Assembly (NCBI GenBank): GCA_018335675.1
Contig: JAGXRQ010000129.1
Coordinates: 6,253 to 70,252 of the forward strand
Length of the DNA stretch: 64,000 nt
Source: Bacteroidota bacterium
GTDB taxonomy: Bacteria; Bacteroidota; Bacteroidia; Bacteroidales; UBA7960
Direction of reading: 5' to 3'
The notes under the pieces were generated by a model. The model made no database searches and was not told the DNA's origin. It saw only the letters and a list, made by a program, of their open reading frames with translations. Of this stretch, positions 19,717-29,958 are shown piece by piece (positions within the stretch are counted from its first letter, which is position 1; each line of letters opens with the position of its first letter). The position numbers and the translations under genes were made by a program.

Positions 19717-20628
19717 ATGGAATGGGATGAGATAATTGAAATGATTGAGGTTGCTAAGGCTCAAAAATGTAAGAAGCTAAGCTTATCCAACAGAGGCATT
19801 ACTTCATTGCCACCTGAAATCGGAAAACTTTCATTTCTTCAAAGCCTAGATTTATCATACAATCAGCTCGACAAACTTCCTGAGGAATTTCTAAAATTAT
19901 CCAATCTTAAGTCAATTTACCTAAATCATAATGAATTAGCAGTATTGCCGACCGATATTGGAAAATTAAAGAATCTAACAATATTAGATCTTAGCCACAA
20001 TTATTTAAATACTCTTCCAGCTTCTATAGGCAATATAGTAAACCTGACTCAACTGGATGTCAGTTATAATCAAATTAAGAAGCTTCCTATAGAGTTGATA
20101 AACCTGACCGGACTAAAAAAGTTATATCTTGAAGATAATCCATGTGAGTTTCCCCCAGAAAAAGTTATAAAACGTGGGCTATATGCCACAATGCATTACT
20201 TATTTGGAGAATTGAGGAAGAAGGAAACAGCAAAAGTTATGATTCAGGTTTATAATATGCCAAGAGATATTTCACAACCTTTCACGCAATATCTGCAGTA
20301 TTTCAATGAATTGGTTGCTTCCTTTAAGCATATGGATATAAATTTTGATGTTAAATTTATAAAGCAAGATTTTACGGCAGACATGGATATGGATCTTGAA
20401 ATGGAAAGTTATTTGCTTGATTTTATTAGCCATATAAAGAGAAATGTTGATGCTGCTCCAATGAAAGATGGTAAAAAAGATAAGTCGCAAGTTTTTGATG
20501 TGCAGGTTGTTGAGTTAAAATCTCATTTAGATGACCTTAAAACTCTTTTAGAAACCAAGATTCTGGATATAAAGGAATTGCAAACAAGAATGGAAAAGCT
20601 AAGCAACATAATCGAGAAAAAGAAATAG
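19717..20628 (+). CDS. Leucine-rich repeat protein with a coiled-coil C-terminal region
   Basis: About six tandem 23-aa LRRs (LxxLxLxxNxLxxLPxxIgxL). No signal peptide. I prefer the ATG at 19717 over the upstream TTG at 19639. Confidence 0.8.
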   Translation: MEWDEIIEMIEVAKAQKCKKLSLSNRGITSLPPEIGKLSFLQSLDLSYNQLDKLPEEFLKLSNLKSIYLNHNELAVLPTDIGKLKNLTILDLSHNYLNTLPASIGNIVNLTQLDVSYNQIKKLPIELINLTGLKKLYLEDNPCEFPPEKVIKRGLYATMHYLFGELRKKETAKVMIQVYNMPRDISQPFTQYLQYFNELVASFKHMDINFDVKFIKQDFTADMDMDLEMESYLLDFISHIKRNVDAAPMKDGKKDKSQVFDVQVVELKSHLDDLKTLLETKILDIKELQTRMEKLSNIIEKKK

Positions 20629-20631
20629 TCT

Positions 20632-22371
20632 CTAGAAAATGCTTGTAAAACCAATATGAATCTTTGCATTATTGAATCTGAAATTGTCTTCCTGTAATTT
20701 TCCTAAAGCATAATAAACTGATATTATACCTGGTTTTGTTTTGAAATGCAAACCTGCGGCAATTCCAATCGGAAAATTATTATAATAACCAATATTGCTA
20801 TAGTTTTCGATCCATGCTGCATTAGCTAAAAGGTTTAAATAGCTTTCTTTTGCTAGATAGAACCTGTATTCTGCCTCAATAATGCCGAAAGAACTACATT
20901 TTATTACATTTTCGTCAAATCCTTTCAATGAGCTAAACCCACCTATTCTATATAGTTCGTTATCAAGAAATATTTTCCCTGATTGGATGTTTGCTATTAT
21001 TGTTGCTGCAATCAAACTTCTATTTAATACAGGAATGTTATATCTGAATATACTTTCAGAAATTATCTGTGTAGTTTTTTCAGGAATTTGAATTTGAGAA
21101 TTGTTTTTTTCAACTATTCTACTTCCGGTTGCCAACGATGATTTAAAAAGCCATCCTTCATTTAATGTATGGTTTACCTTTCCTGATTTCATTCCGAATT
21201 CAATACCATAAAGATTCTTCTTATAATTTGCAGAGAAAATATTTTGAGAAGCAAAAATGGCAGGTTGTTGGAATAATTCATTTGATTCGAAAACAGCAAA
21301 TGCAGAAAAATCAAAATTTTTATATCCTGCAAAGGCTAATGATGGCCTGTGTTTAACTAGAATAAAAGAAGTATCTTGCTTGTTTATGTATAATGAATAG
21401 CCTGTTTTTATAGGAGTGCCTAAAATATATAGAAATTCTCCTGATAAATTTAGCTGCTGAGATCCTTCTCCCGGAGCCATCCACTTAATTTCAATATGTT
21501 CGCCATAGCTTAGACTGTTAATTAAAAACAAATTAAGTTGTCCGGAAATTCTGTATTTCTTATTGTTGATTTCATCTGGAAGTGTTATCAAACCTGCAAT
21601 GCCGTCGAATCTGTTGGCTTTAATAGACTGCAAAGGAAATTCAATTTCTGAACCTGAGGGAGTAAATTTAATCCCAGGAGTATTTGACAAGTTTGCAAAT
21701 TCAAGATCTGATAGTTTGTTGCCGGCATTATTTATTAGAATCTCAGAATATGGCATTCCTGTCTTAAGCCTTGTTAATCCTTTTATGTATGACGGCATAA
21801 GGTTTACATCTCCTAACAATTTGATTTCACTGATTGTAAATCGATTTCCTTTATTAATGTTCCACGTAAAAATTATCGTATCGCCCAAAAAAGAAATATT
21901 TTCCTTATAAATTGATGCTAGAGGAAATCCATTGTTTTCGAGGTTTTTGATAATTTCACTTTCAAAATAGCCTAGCTTTGAATATTCATAAGCTTGATTT
22001 AATGATTTGTTTTTTTTGAATACTTCAGGAAAGGAGCGTGATATTTCTTCAATATTTTTTGCTTTAAAGAAATGTTTGTTGCCAATATTGATATAAACAA
22101 AAGTATTGTTGCCGTATATTATTGTGCTGTCTATTACAGCCTTCAAATATCCTTTTTCTGCAAGATATTGAGGAAGTATTGTTAGATAATCTGCCTTTTC
22201 ATTATTAAGCTGAGCTTCTTTAAGCTTTTTATTTATAATTAAGACTTCAGCTTCTGAGATTTCATTGTTCTGAGTAAGAATTATTTGATAATCAACCTGA
22301 CAAACACAAGTATTTGTAATGATGAAAATTAATGAATATCCAAAAAATAATATTTTCAGGAAATAGCCCAT
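20632..22371 (-). CDS. Omp85-family (BamA/TamA/ShlB-like) outer-membrane protein with POTRA-like N-terminal region
   Basis: 579 aa with a signal peptide. [16 protein letters not shown] resembles the conserved Omp85 RxGGxxxLRGF loop-6 motif. The C-terminal residue is Phe. Confidence 0.6.
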   Translation of the reverse strand: MGYFLKILFFGYSLIFIITNTCVCQVDYQIILTQNNEISEAEVLIINKKLKEAQLNNEKADYLTILPQYLAEKGYLKAVIDSTIIYGNNTFVYINIGNKHFFKAKNIEEISRSFPEVFKKNKSLNQAYEYSKLGYFESEIIKNLENNGFPLASIYKENISFLGDTIIFTWNINKGNRFTISEIKLLGDVNLMPSYIKGLTRLKTGMPYSEILINNAGNKLSDLEFANLSNTPGIKFTPSGSEIEFPLQSIKANRFDGIAGLITLPDEINNKKYRISGQLNLFLINSLSYGEHIEIKWMAPGEGSQQLNLSGEFLYILGTPIKTGYSLYINKQDTSFILVKHRPSLAFAGYKNFDFSAFAVFESNELFQQPAIFASQNIFSANYKKNLYGIEFGMKSGKVNHTLNEGWLFKSSLATGSRIVEKNNSQIQIPEKTTQIISESIFRYNIPVLNRSLIAATIIANIQSGKIFLDNELYRIGGFSSLKGFDENVIKCSSFGIIEAEYRFYLAKESYLNLLANAAWIENYSNIGYYNNFPIGIAAGLHFKTKPGIISVYYALGKLQEDNFRFNNAKIHIGFTSIF

Positions 22372-23042
22372 TTTATTTCTTCTTTTCCCTGTTGCTTTAA
22401 TAATTCATTAGTTTTTGAAAAATGTTTGCATCCCAAAAATCCTCTAGAAGCTGAGAGGGGAGATGGGTGCACCGATTTCAGAATATGATGCTTAGTTTGA
22501 TCAATTAATTCAGCTTTTGCCTGGGCATAATTCCCCCAAAGTAAAAAAACAAGTCCTACCTTATTTTCTGAAAGCTTAGTAATAACTTTATCAGTAAAAG
22601 TTTCCCAGCCCTTTTTTTGGTGAGAACCGGCATTGTTTGCTCTAACAGTTAATGTTGCATTAAGCAACAAAACCCCTTGATTAGCCCAACTTTCAAGGTT
22701 CCCATGTTTTGGTGGAATAATTCCTAGGTCGTTTTTAATCTCCTTGAAAATGTTTTTAAGTGAAGGCGGCTGTGGTATTCCATGATTTACAGAGAAACAC
22801 AATCCATGAGCTTGTCCGGGACCATGATAAGGATCCTGGCCTAAAATTATTACTTTAACTTTATTGAAAGGAGTATGATTAAATGCATTAAAAATTAATG
22901 ATCCCGGGGGATATATAGTATGTGTTTTCTTTTCTTCTATAAGAAATAATTTTAGTTTTTTAAAGTAGTCGGACTCAAATTCTTCTTCAAGGATTTTTTT
23001 CCAGCCTTCTTCGATTACAGCATTGACCTTAATTTCTTCCAT
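22356..23042 (-). CDS. ung: Uracil-DNA glycosylase
   Basis: [18 protein letters not shown] and HPSPLSA motifs. Confidence 0.95.
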   Translation of the reverse strand: MEEIKVNAVIEEGWKKILEEEFESDYFKKLKLFLIEEKKTHTIYPPGSLIFNAFNHTPFNKVKVIILGQDPYHGPGQAHGLCFSVNHGIPQPPSLKNIFKEIKNDLGIIPPKHGNLESWANQGVLLLNATLTVRANNAGSHQKKGWETFTDKVITKLSENKVGLVFLLWGNYAQAKAELIDQTKHHILKSVHPSPLSASRGFLGCKHFSKTNELLKQQGKEEIKWAIS

Positions 23043-23057
23043 AATAACACCTTAAAA

Positions 23058-24422
23058 TCAAAATTTCAATTCTTTAACAAATTTAGCAAGATCAATCCCA
23101 TCAAAACTACCTGAGCTCATAAACAGCAGACAAGTATTTTTAAGGCTTAGTTGTTTAATTTTATTAAATAACAATTCTGAATTTGTAAAAACTTCCAAAT
23201 CTTTTTTGTTAAATGACTCATAAATATACGCAGGCTCAACAGCTGGTAGTTTTTTTATTTCAAGAGTGTGGGGATTATAATAAACAAATGCATAATCTGC
23301 TTTTTCAAGAGCTCCATTATAATGCTTAAGAAATTCTTTATTTAAACTGCTATAAGTATGAAGTTCCATGCAGGCAATGATTTTCTTACTTGGGAATTGC
23401 TCTTTTACTGCTTCTGTAGTTGCTTTAATTTTTGAAGGGGCATGAGCAAAGTCTTTAAATGCTATTGTAGAACCATAATTATAAATCATTTCAAGTCTTT
23501 TACTTGCACCTTTATAAGATTGAATAGCTTTATAAAAGTCTTCATCATCAATGCCAAGTTGGTTACACACTAGTCGTGCACCATTCATATTTAGTAAGTT
23601 ATGTTTTCCGAAAACAGATAATTCATATTTATTTTTGCCTTCTATTACAATTGTTTTGTCATTTTCTATCGAAAAATCAGGCAAACCATAAGGTAATAGC
23701 TCAATATTTGAATTTTTGAATTCGCTGCAAAGTTTATTTACTTCATTATCGTCTGAGCAATAAATTAACTTTCCATTATCAGGTTCAATCACATTAATAA
23801 ACTTTCTAAACTGATCAACATAAATATCGAAAGTTGGAAAAACATTGATATGATCCCAAGCAATTCCACTTATCAGAGCAATATTAGGTTTGTATAAATG
23901 AAATTTAGGTCTTTTGTCGATAGGAGAGCTAAGGTATTCATCACCTTCAAGAATCATAAAAGGAGCATCGTATGAAAGTTTTACCATCACATCAAAGCCA
24001 TCAAGTTGAGCTCCAACCATATAATCTGTGTCGATATCATAATAATTCAATACATGCAAAATCATTGCTGTTATGGTAGTTTTGCCATGACTACCACCAA
24101 TTACAACTCTTGTTTTGGCCTGACTTTGTTCGTAAAGATACTCGGGGTAAGAAAATATTTGCAATCCTAATTCCTTGGCTCTAAGCAATTCCGGATTATC
24201 TTCTTTGGCATGCATACCGAGAATTACTGCATCGATGCCTTTATGAATTCTAGATGCATCCCATCCAATAGTTTTAGGTAAAAGATTATACTTGTTTAGG
24301 CGAGTTTTTGATGGTTCGAAAATTTCATCGTCAGAGCCCGTAATTCTGTAGCCTTTTAAATGTAGGGCAATTGCCAAGTTGTGCATTGCGCTTCCACCGA
24401 TTGCAATAAAATGTAAATGCAT
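23058..24422 (-). CDS. mpl: UDP-N-acetylmuramate:L-Ala-gamma-D-Glu-meso-DAP ligase (murein peptide ligase)
   Basis: The N-terminus HFIAIGGSAMHNLAIAL..GY.ITGSD and the ATP loop GGSHGKTTIT indicate the Mur ligase family with an Mpl-type N-terminus. Confidence 0.88.
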   Translation of the reverse strand: MHLHFIAIGGSAMHNLAIALHLKGYRITGSDDEIFEPSKTRLNKYNLLPKTIGWDASRIHKGIDAVILGMHAKEDNPELLRAKELGLQIFSYPEYLYEQSQAKTRVVIGGSHGKTTITAMILHVLNYYDIDTDYMVGAQLDGFDVMVKLSYDAPFMILEGDEYLSSPIDKRPKFHLYKPNIALISGIAWDHINVFPTFDIYVDQFRKFINVIEPDNGKLIYCSDDNEVNKLCSEFKNSNIELLPYGLPDFSIENDKTIVIEGKNKYELSVFGKHNLLNMNGARLVCNQLGIDDEDFYKAIQSYKGASKRLEMIYNYGSTIAFKDFAHAPSKIKATTEAVKEQFPSKKIIACMELHTYSSLNKEFLKHYNGALEKADYAFVYYNPHTLEIKKLPAVEPAYIYESFNKKDLEVFTNSELLFNKIKQLSLKNTCLLFMSSGSFDGIDLAKFVKELKF

Positions 24423-24523
24423 TTTTATAAGTTTTAATGTGGGATAAAATTAATTGTTTTCCCAAAATATTGACTTAAACAATATCAAAATCCGTAATTT
24501 TGCATTCAAATTTTTAATTAACA

Positions 24524-24946
24524 ATGGAAAAACCTTTGAAAAATATAGAGCATCCCGGCATTATTGAGGAAATAAATGATAATAATCTTATTGTTAGAAT
24601 TCAGCCTCAATCAGCTTGTGCATCATGTCATTCCAAAAGCTACTGTGGGGTTGCAGATAACAACGATAAAATTGTTGAGATAACTGTAACAGACAGCAAA
24701 AACTATAATAAGGGCCAAGATGTTACTATAATGCTAGAGCAGAATTTAGGTTTCAAAGCTTTATTTATGGGGTATTTAGTCCCATTTCTAATTTTAGTAG
24801 TATCATTGATTGTTCTAATAGAAATAACAAAGAATGAGGGTTTATCCGCCCTTATTGCATTTTCTTTAATGCTTCCTTATTATTTCATGCTATATAGATT
24901 GAAACATAAATTGAAAAAAACATTTACATTCAGGCTAAAACACTAA
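24524..24946 (+). CDS. RseC/MucC-family protein (SoxR-reducing system type)
   Basis: 140 aa. CASCHSKSYCG cysteine motif followed by two TM helices. Confidence 0.65.
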   Translation: MEKPLKNIEHPGIIEEINDNNLIVRIQPQSACASCHSKSYCGVADNNDKIVEITVTDSKNYNKGQDVTIMLEQNLGFKALFMGYLVPFLILVVSLIVLIEITKNEGLSALIAFSLMLPYYFMLYRLKHKLKKTFTFRLKH

Positions 24947-24950
24947 TAAA

Positions 24951-24976
24951 AAAGGGCACCCGAAAGAGTGCCCTTT
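24951..24976. terminator. Bidirectional terminator between convergent genes
   Basis: AAAGGGCAC-CCGAAAGA-GTGCCCTTT is a 9-bp GC-containing stem with flanking A and T runs. Confidence 0.75.
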
Positions 24977-24996
24977 GTGTTTGTTAATTGTAAAAA

Positions 24997-26016
24997 TTAG
25001 TTGATAATAGTAACCCAATTGTGAGTATCAGCTTCATCACCATATTGAATTGCCTGCAATTTTTCGTATAGCTTAGTTGAAATCTTACCTGCTTTACCAT
25101 CTTTACAAAACTGATAAACCTTACCATTTTCCCTGTCAACAAGTTTTCCGATAGGAGAGATGATTGCGGCAGTACCGCATGCGCCAACCTCATCAAAGCC
25201 ATCAAGTTCTTCAACAGCCACTTTTCTTCTTTCAACTTTCAAGCCTAAATCTTCAGCAAGTTGCATTAGACTCATATTTGTTATTGAAGGAAGAATAGAC
25301 GAACTTTTTGGAGTAATGTATGAATTTTCTTTAATTGCAAAGAAATTAGCAGGACCTGCTTCATCTATATATTTTTTCTCTTTTGCTTCTAAGAATAGAA
25401 CTGATGAAAATCCTTCTTTTTTTGCTCTTTCTCCTGCGAAAAGGCTTCCTGCGTAGTTTCCGCCAACTTTAATATGTCCGGTTCCGAGTGGAGCAGCGCG
25501 ATCGAAATCTCTCACAATTTGTAGAGTAACAGGATTGAATCCCTCTTTAAAATACGGACCAACTGGTCCAACAAAAACCATAAACATATATTCATCGGCA
25601 GGTTTAACTCCTACCTGAGGACCTGAGCCAAAAAGTAGTGGTCTGATATAAAGAGAAGCACCGTGTCCGTAGGGTGGCAAATACTTTTCATTCAACTTTA
25701 CTGCTTTAACAATCATTTCAAAGAATAAATCATCAGGAACTTCTGCCATTAAAATTCCTTCAGCGGATTTGCGCATTCTTTTTGCATTTTCCTGCCAGCG
25801 GAATAATCTAATTTTTCCATCTTTACCTCTGTAGGCTTTCATTCCTTCAAATGCTTCCTGCCCATAATGAAGGCAAGTTGCAGCAATGTGAATACTTACA
25901 AATTCGGAGGATGAAGTTTCAACTTCTCCCCATTTTCCGTTGCGATAATAGCAGCGAACATTATAGTCAGTTTTAAAATAACCAAATGGGAGTGTACCCC
26001 AGTTAATGTCTTGCAT
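24997..26016 (-). CDS. ilvE: Branched-chain amino acid aminotransferase
   Basis: 339 aa, class IV aminotransferase. Motifs LHYGQEAFEGMKAY and GTGHIKVGGNYA. Confidence 0.92.
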   Translation of the reverse strand: MQDINWGTLPFGYFKTDYNVRCYYRNGKWGEVETSSSEFVSIHIAATCLHYGQEAFEGMKAYRGKDGKIRLFRWQENAKRMRKSAEGILMAEVPDDLFFEMIVKAVKLNEKYLPPYGHGASLYIRPLLFGSGPQVGVKPADEYMFMVFVGPVGPYFKEGFNPVTLQIVRDFDRAAPLGTGHIKVGGNYAGSLFAGERAKKEGFSSVLFLEAKEKKYIDEAGPANFFAIKENSYITPKSSSILPSITNMSLMQLAEDLGLKVERRKVAVEELDGFDEVGACGTAAIISPIGKLVDRENGKVYQFCKDGKAGKISTKLYEKLQAIQYGDEADTHNWVTIIN

Positions 26017-26162
26017 GATATAATGAATTTTATCTGTTTATGAATAATTTGCTTGGCAGCTAAATTATAATATTAAATTGAAATCGGTATTTTTTTTTGC
26101 AATATTTTTGAATGATTTAGGTAAAAATGGATTTAAGACAGAATATTGAAAATTAAATCAAA

Positions 26163-27647
26163 TTAATCCAATACCAAAGATGTAATTTGGTCCATAAGCC
26201 TATTCATTTTGGTGCGAAGTTCGGCCTGAGTGCCGTCATAATTATTTACAATAAAAGCGAATGCAATTTGTTTCCCGTTTTTTGTTGTAGTATATCCGGC
26301 AAATGCTCTCACATTTGACAGAAAACCACTTTTTGCTGTCAAAACATTTTCAGAGGCAGTTCCTGTAAATCCATTTCTAAGTGAACCGGATTTTCCGGCA
26401 ACAGGCAGCCCTTTTTGGAAATGAGTAAAAATTTCGTTATTTGCTGTAATTGCTAAGCAATTAGCTAAGAATTGAAGAGTTAGGCAGTTTGAAGGCGATA
26501 ACCCACTTCCGTCATAAATTTTTACTCCGTTAGTATTAACGCCTTTCTCTCTCCATAAATCAAGCATTATTTTTATTCCGTCTTGTGTTGTGCCAGTATT
26601 TCCATGTGAAGCTGAGATAGTTTTAATAAGGCTTTCTGCATAGGAGTTAACGCTAACTAAATTTGTACGATAGGCTATTTCAGTTAATTCTGGAGATACC
26701 CATTCAGCAATAAAATTTAATTCTGACTGATTTATGTTTGATTTTTGTGAATTATAAATAACATTAATACTTCCTGTTGTTTGAATTCCTTTAGAGTTAA
26801 GGAAATTATTGAATGTAGCAGCAAAGAAGTAGGGTGGGTCGGGAATTGAGCCTCTTACTTCAAATTCATTTGCACCAAGAGGAATTGTCCCGGTTGAAAA
26901 TCTTTCATTTGAATATGGAATTCCGTATATATAAACATTGTCGCCTGTGCCGGCAGCTGCCGTTAAGACGCTATTATGAAGTATTAGACCAGGAACAAAA
27001 GGATTTACTCTTACTACTGTTGTTTCGCCTCCAATAGTGTTTGACGCTCTAAAAAACACTGAATACTCATTCTCATTAAAGGATAGTCCACTTGTTCCTG
27101 CCCCGAAATAATTACCTAAGTCTTCCCAAAGCCATTTAGGTGAAACCATAATTGAATCGAAGACACTTGCATCTACAATGATGTTTCCGTTTATACGTTT
27201 AATACCGGCTAAATTAATTGCATTATAAAAATGATCTATAACTAATTCTGTTTTCAGGCTATCGTTCATTCTTCCGGCACCAAAGCTTGGGTCGCCGGAA
27301 CCCTTGAAAATGAGGTCACCATTTAAGTTACCTGAATTGTCAATTTTGCCGGTATAACTCAATGTAGTTTTATATTTATAATCAGGTCCTAACAGTATTA
27401 AAGCAGTTGATGTTGTTAGTGCCTTCAGAGTTGAGGCAGGAGTTAAGGAAAGATTACTATTATATGAATAAATTTCTTTTTCTGATTCAATTGAAAAAAT
27501 TGACAATCCCCAACTTGAGTGCTTAATTCCGGGGTCTGCGGCAAACTTTTTTACTTCATTGTCAAATGCTATATTAGATTTAGGCTTATTCCACGATGAG
27601 AATAGAAGTAATAAGCCCAATGCAATTAAGAAACCCGAAATTCTCAT
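26163..27647 (-). CDS. dacB: D-alanyl-D-alanine carboxypeptidase/endopeptidase (PBP4, peptidase S13)
   Basis: Signal peptide, SxxK motif PASTLK, 494 aa, KSG-like motif AKSGF. Confidence 0.85.
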   Translation of the reverse strand: MRISGFLIALGLLLLFSSWNKPKSNIAFDNEVKKFAADPGIKHSSWGLSIFSIESEKEIYSYNSNLSLTPASTLKALTTSTALILLGPDYKYKTTLSYTGKIDNSGNLNGDLIFKGSGDPSFGAGRMNDSLKTELVIDHFYNAINLAGIKRINGNIIVDASVFDSIMVSPKWLWEDLGNYFGAGTSGLSFNENEYSVFFRASNTIGGETTVVRVNPFVPGLILHNSVLTAAAGTGDNVYIYGIPYSNERFSTGTIPLGANEFEVRGSIPDPPYFFAATFNNFLNSKGIQTTGSINVIYNSQKSNINQSELNFIAEWVSPELTEIAYRTNLVSVNSYAESLIKTISASHGNTGTTQDGIKIMLDLWREKGVNTNGVKIYDGSGLSPSNCLTLQFLANCLAITANNEIFTHFQKGLPVAGKSGSLRNGFTGTASENVLTAKSGFLSNVRAFAGYTTTKNGKQIAFAFIVNNYDGTQAELRTKMNRLMDQITSLVLD

Positions 27648-27662
27648 ATTATTATACCTTAG

Positions 27663-28616
27663 TTATTTTCCAAAAACTGAAATATTAAAGTATTTGCGAG
27701 GGTCTTCTTTTATATCTTCAATTAATTTTTCCAATTGTTTTGAAGAGCCTTCAAGATTCTTATATAATGATTCGTCATGAATAAGAAGTCCGACTGAACC
27801 TTCGCCTTTATTAATTTTAGCCATTATAGCTTCAAACTCTTCAAGTGCCAAGTTTGCGTTGTTTATCGTCTGTTTGATATTTGCAGAAGCGAGGGAATCA
27901 CTAACAGCTTCAAAGTTTTGAATTATTGCTGTAATTGACTTATTGTTTTTTTCAATATTTGTAGTAATCGACTCAGCGTTAGATATTATTGTAGCAATGC
28001 GTTTCGCCTGAGAATAAAAAGTTGTATCGAGAGTATGGGTAGTTCTTTCAAAATTACTGATTATGAGCTTAATATTTTCAAGGCTTTCAGCAATATTTGC
28101 TCTAGATTTCTCATTAAAAATATATTGAATTACAGCCATAACGGAATCAATTTGCGCAAGAAGGTTTTCAGCTTGCTTCTTAAAAGGCAGGAGTTGAAGG
28201 CTGACTTCATCTTGTAGGGTTGCCTGGATTTTAGTTTCTAAGGTGTCGCCTGATTGAATCAATCTCTTCGAATCACCTAATAAGATTTCTATCTCCCTTT
28301 TCCCAAGTATATCAGAACTATAAAGCCTTGCAATGGAGTTGTCAGGAATATTGATTACTTTGTCAACAATTGCTTCAACAACTATTCTACCGCTTCCATC
28401 AGGATGAAAAGCAATATTTTGTACCTGCCCAATTTTCACTCCACTTATTGTAACTGCGTTAGACTCAATGAGTCCGCTTACCTGATCATAAACAGCAAAA
28501 AAGCGAACTTGTTTGGTGAAAAGGTCTGTTCCTTTAAGATAGTTAACACCCCAAATAAAAAGTAAGGCGGTTAATACTATAACTAATCCAATTTTTGCTT
28601 CACGTCTTATTTTCAC
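27663..28616 (-). CDS. MlaD/MCE-family protein
   Basis: N-terminal TM, then the MCE domain GLIESNAVTISGVKIGQVQNI, then a long helical C-terminal region. Confidence 0.8.
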   Translation of the reverse strand: MKIRREAKIGLVIVLTALLFIWGVNYLKGTDLFTKQVRFFAVYDQVSGLIESNAVTISGVKIGQVQNIAFHPDGSGRIVVEAIVDKVINIPDNSIARLYSSDILGKREIEILLGDSKRLIQSGDTLETKIQATLQDEVSLQLLPFKKQAENLLAQIDSVMAVIQYIFNEKSRANIAESLENIKLIISNFERTTHTLDTTFYSQAKRIATIISNAESITTNIEKNNKSITAIIQNFEAVSDSLASANIKQTINNANLALEEFEAIMAKINKGEGSVGLLIHDESLYKNLEGSSKQLEKLIEDIKEDPRKYFNISVFGK

Positions 28617-28639
28617 TTTATCTAATTTTTAAGTTTGAT

Positions 28640-29863
28640 TTAATTATTTGCTTGCATAAGTCTAAGAGCTTCTGCTGCTGTAATTCTTTCATTGTTGTAA
28701 AATGCAACAACAAAAGCATCTTTGTATCCCGCATCTTGCATTTTGCCTTGAATAGCAATTGCATCTTGCAAAGTTCTCTCTTTTCCTACAGTATACTTAT
28801 ATAATCCATCATGAAAGTAATAATCTATATTTTCTAGATTGGCAAATTCAGGAGAATCTATTGGCCTTATTGTTTTTGATGCGGCAAATTGCACTTTGAA
28901 GAATACTTGATTAGTATCTTCAGAATTAATTTGTTTCGACGTATTTTGATTCGTGTTGTTTGATTCAGGCTTGTTTTCAGAAACTTCAGGTTTTATATTT
29001 TTTCTCTCTTCTGTTTTATCAACAACAACTGGTTTTTCTTCAATAACCTCCTCATTTACAAATGGAATAGGACTTCTGCCTGTTGCTAAACGATCTTGTT
29101 GTTGTTTATAATCCCTAAATGCTCTGTAGATTGCAGAAGCAATGTGATTTTGACCTGTTTCACTCATTAAATATTCTTCTTCTTTTGGGTTGTCAATAAA
29201 ACCTACTTCAACTAAAATTGCAGGCATTGTTACTCTCCAAAGTACAATAAACGGAGCTTGTTTTACACCTCTGTCATGTCGTTGGGCTCGATCTCTAAAC
29301 TGATTCTGAATATTTGATGCAATTTCAATACTTTGATTAAGATATGCATTTTGATATAACGAAAAAATAATATGTGATTCTGACGAACTTGGATCGTATC
29401 CATCATATGTTTCTAAATAATCCTCTTCGTACAAAATTGCCGCATTTTCAAGTTTTGCAACTTCAAGGTTATCTTTACTTTTATGCAATCCCATAACGAA
29501 AGTTTCAGTGCCTATCGCTTTTGATGACGCGCTAGCGTTACAATGAATAGAAATAAAAAGGTCTGCTTTATTCTTATTTGCAATTTCAGCTCGTGTATTT
29601 AGGGGGATAAATTCATCAGTTGACCGGGTATAGATAACTTTAACATCGGGAAGATTTTGTTTTATATAATCACCCACTTTTAAAGCAATGGAAAGGGCTA
29701 TGTCTTTTTCAAAAGATTTTTTTCCAAGAGCACCAGGGTCTTTCCCTCCATGTCCGGCATCTATAACTACTGTAGTAACCACGCCTTTTTTGTCAGCAAA
29801 TGCTTCTTGAAATAAAAATCCAAGTAAAAGAAAAATACCAAAAAGTATAAAGTATCGTTTCAC
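28640..29863 (-). CDS. N-acetylmuramoyl-L-alanine amidase (Amidase_3) with C-terminal SPOR domain
   Basis: VVIDAGHGGKDPGA and SIHCNA motifs. The C-terminal part FFKVQFAASKT...DAGYKDAFVVAF is SPOR-like. Confidence 0.88.
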   Translation of the reverse strand: MKRYFILFGIFLLLGFLFQEAFADKKGVVTTVVIDAGHGGKDPGALGKKSFEKDIALSIALKVGDYIKQNLPDVKVIYTRSTDEFIPLNTRAEIANKNKADLFISIHCNASASSKAIGTETFVMGLHKSKDNLEVAKLENAAILYEEDYLETYDGYDPSSSESHIIFSLYQNAYLNQSIEIASNIQNQFRDRAQRHDRGVKQAPFIVLWRVTMPAILVEVGFIDNPKEEEYLMSETGQNHIASAIYRAFRDYKQQQDRLATGRSPIPFVNEEVIEEKPVVVDKTEERKNIKPEVSENKPESNNTNQNTSKQINSEDTNQVFFKVQFAASKTIRPIDSPEFANLENIDYYFHDGLYKYTVGKERTLQDAIAIQGKMQDAGYKDAFVVAFYNNERITAAEALRLMQANN

Positions 29864-29958
29864 TAAATATTGCCTAATTTTGTTTAGTTTTGCTGCTTAT
29901 TTATAATACGTCGAATCAGCATTATTATTTTGCTTCACAAAAATAATACATATAAAAA

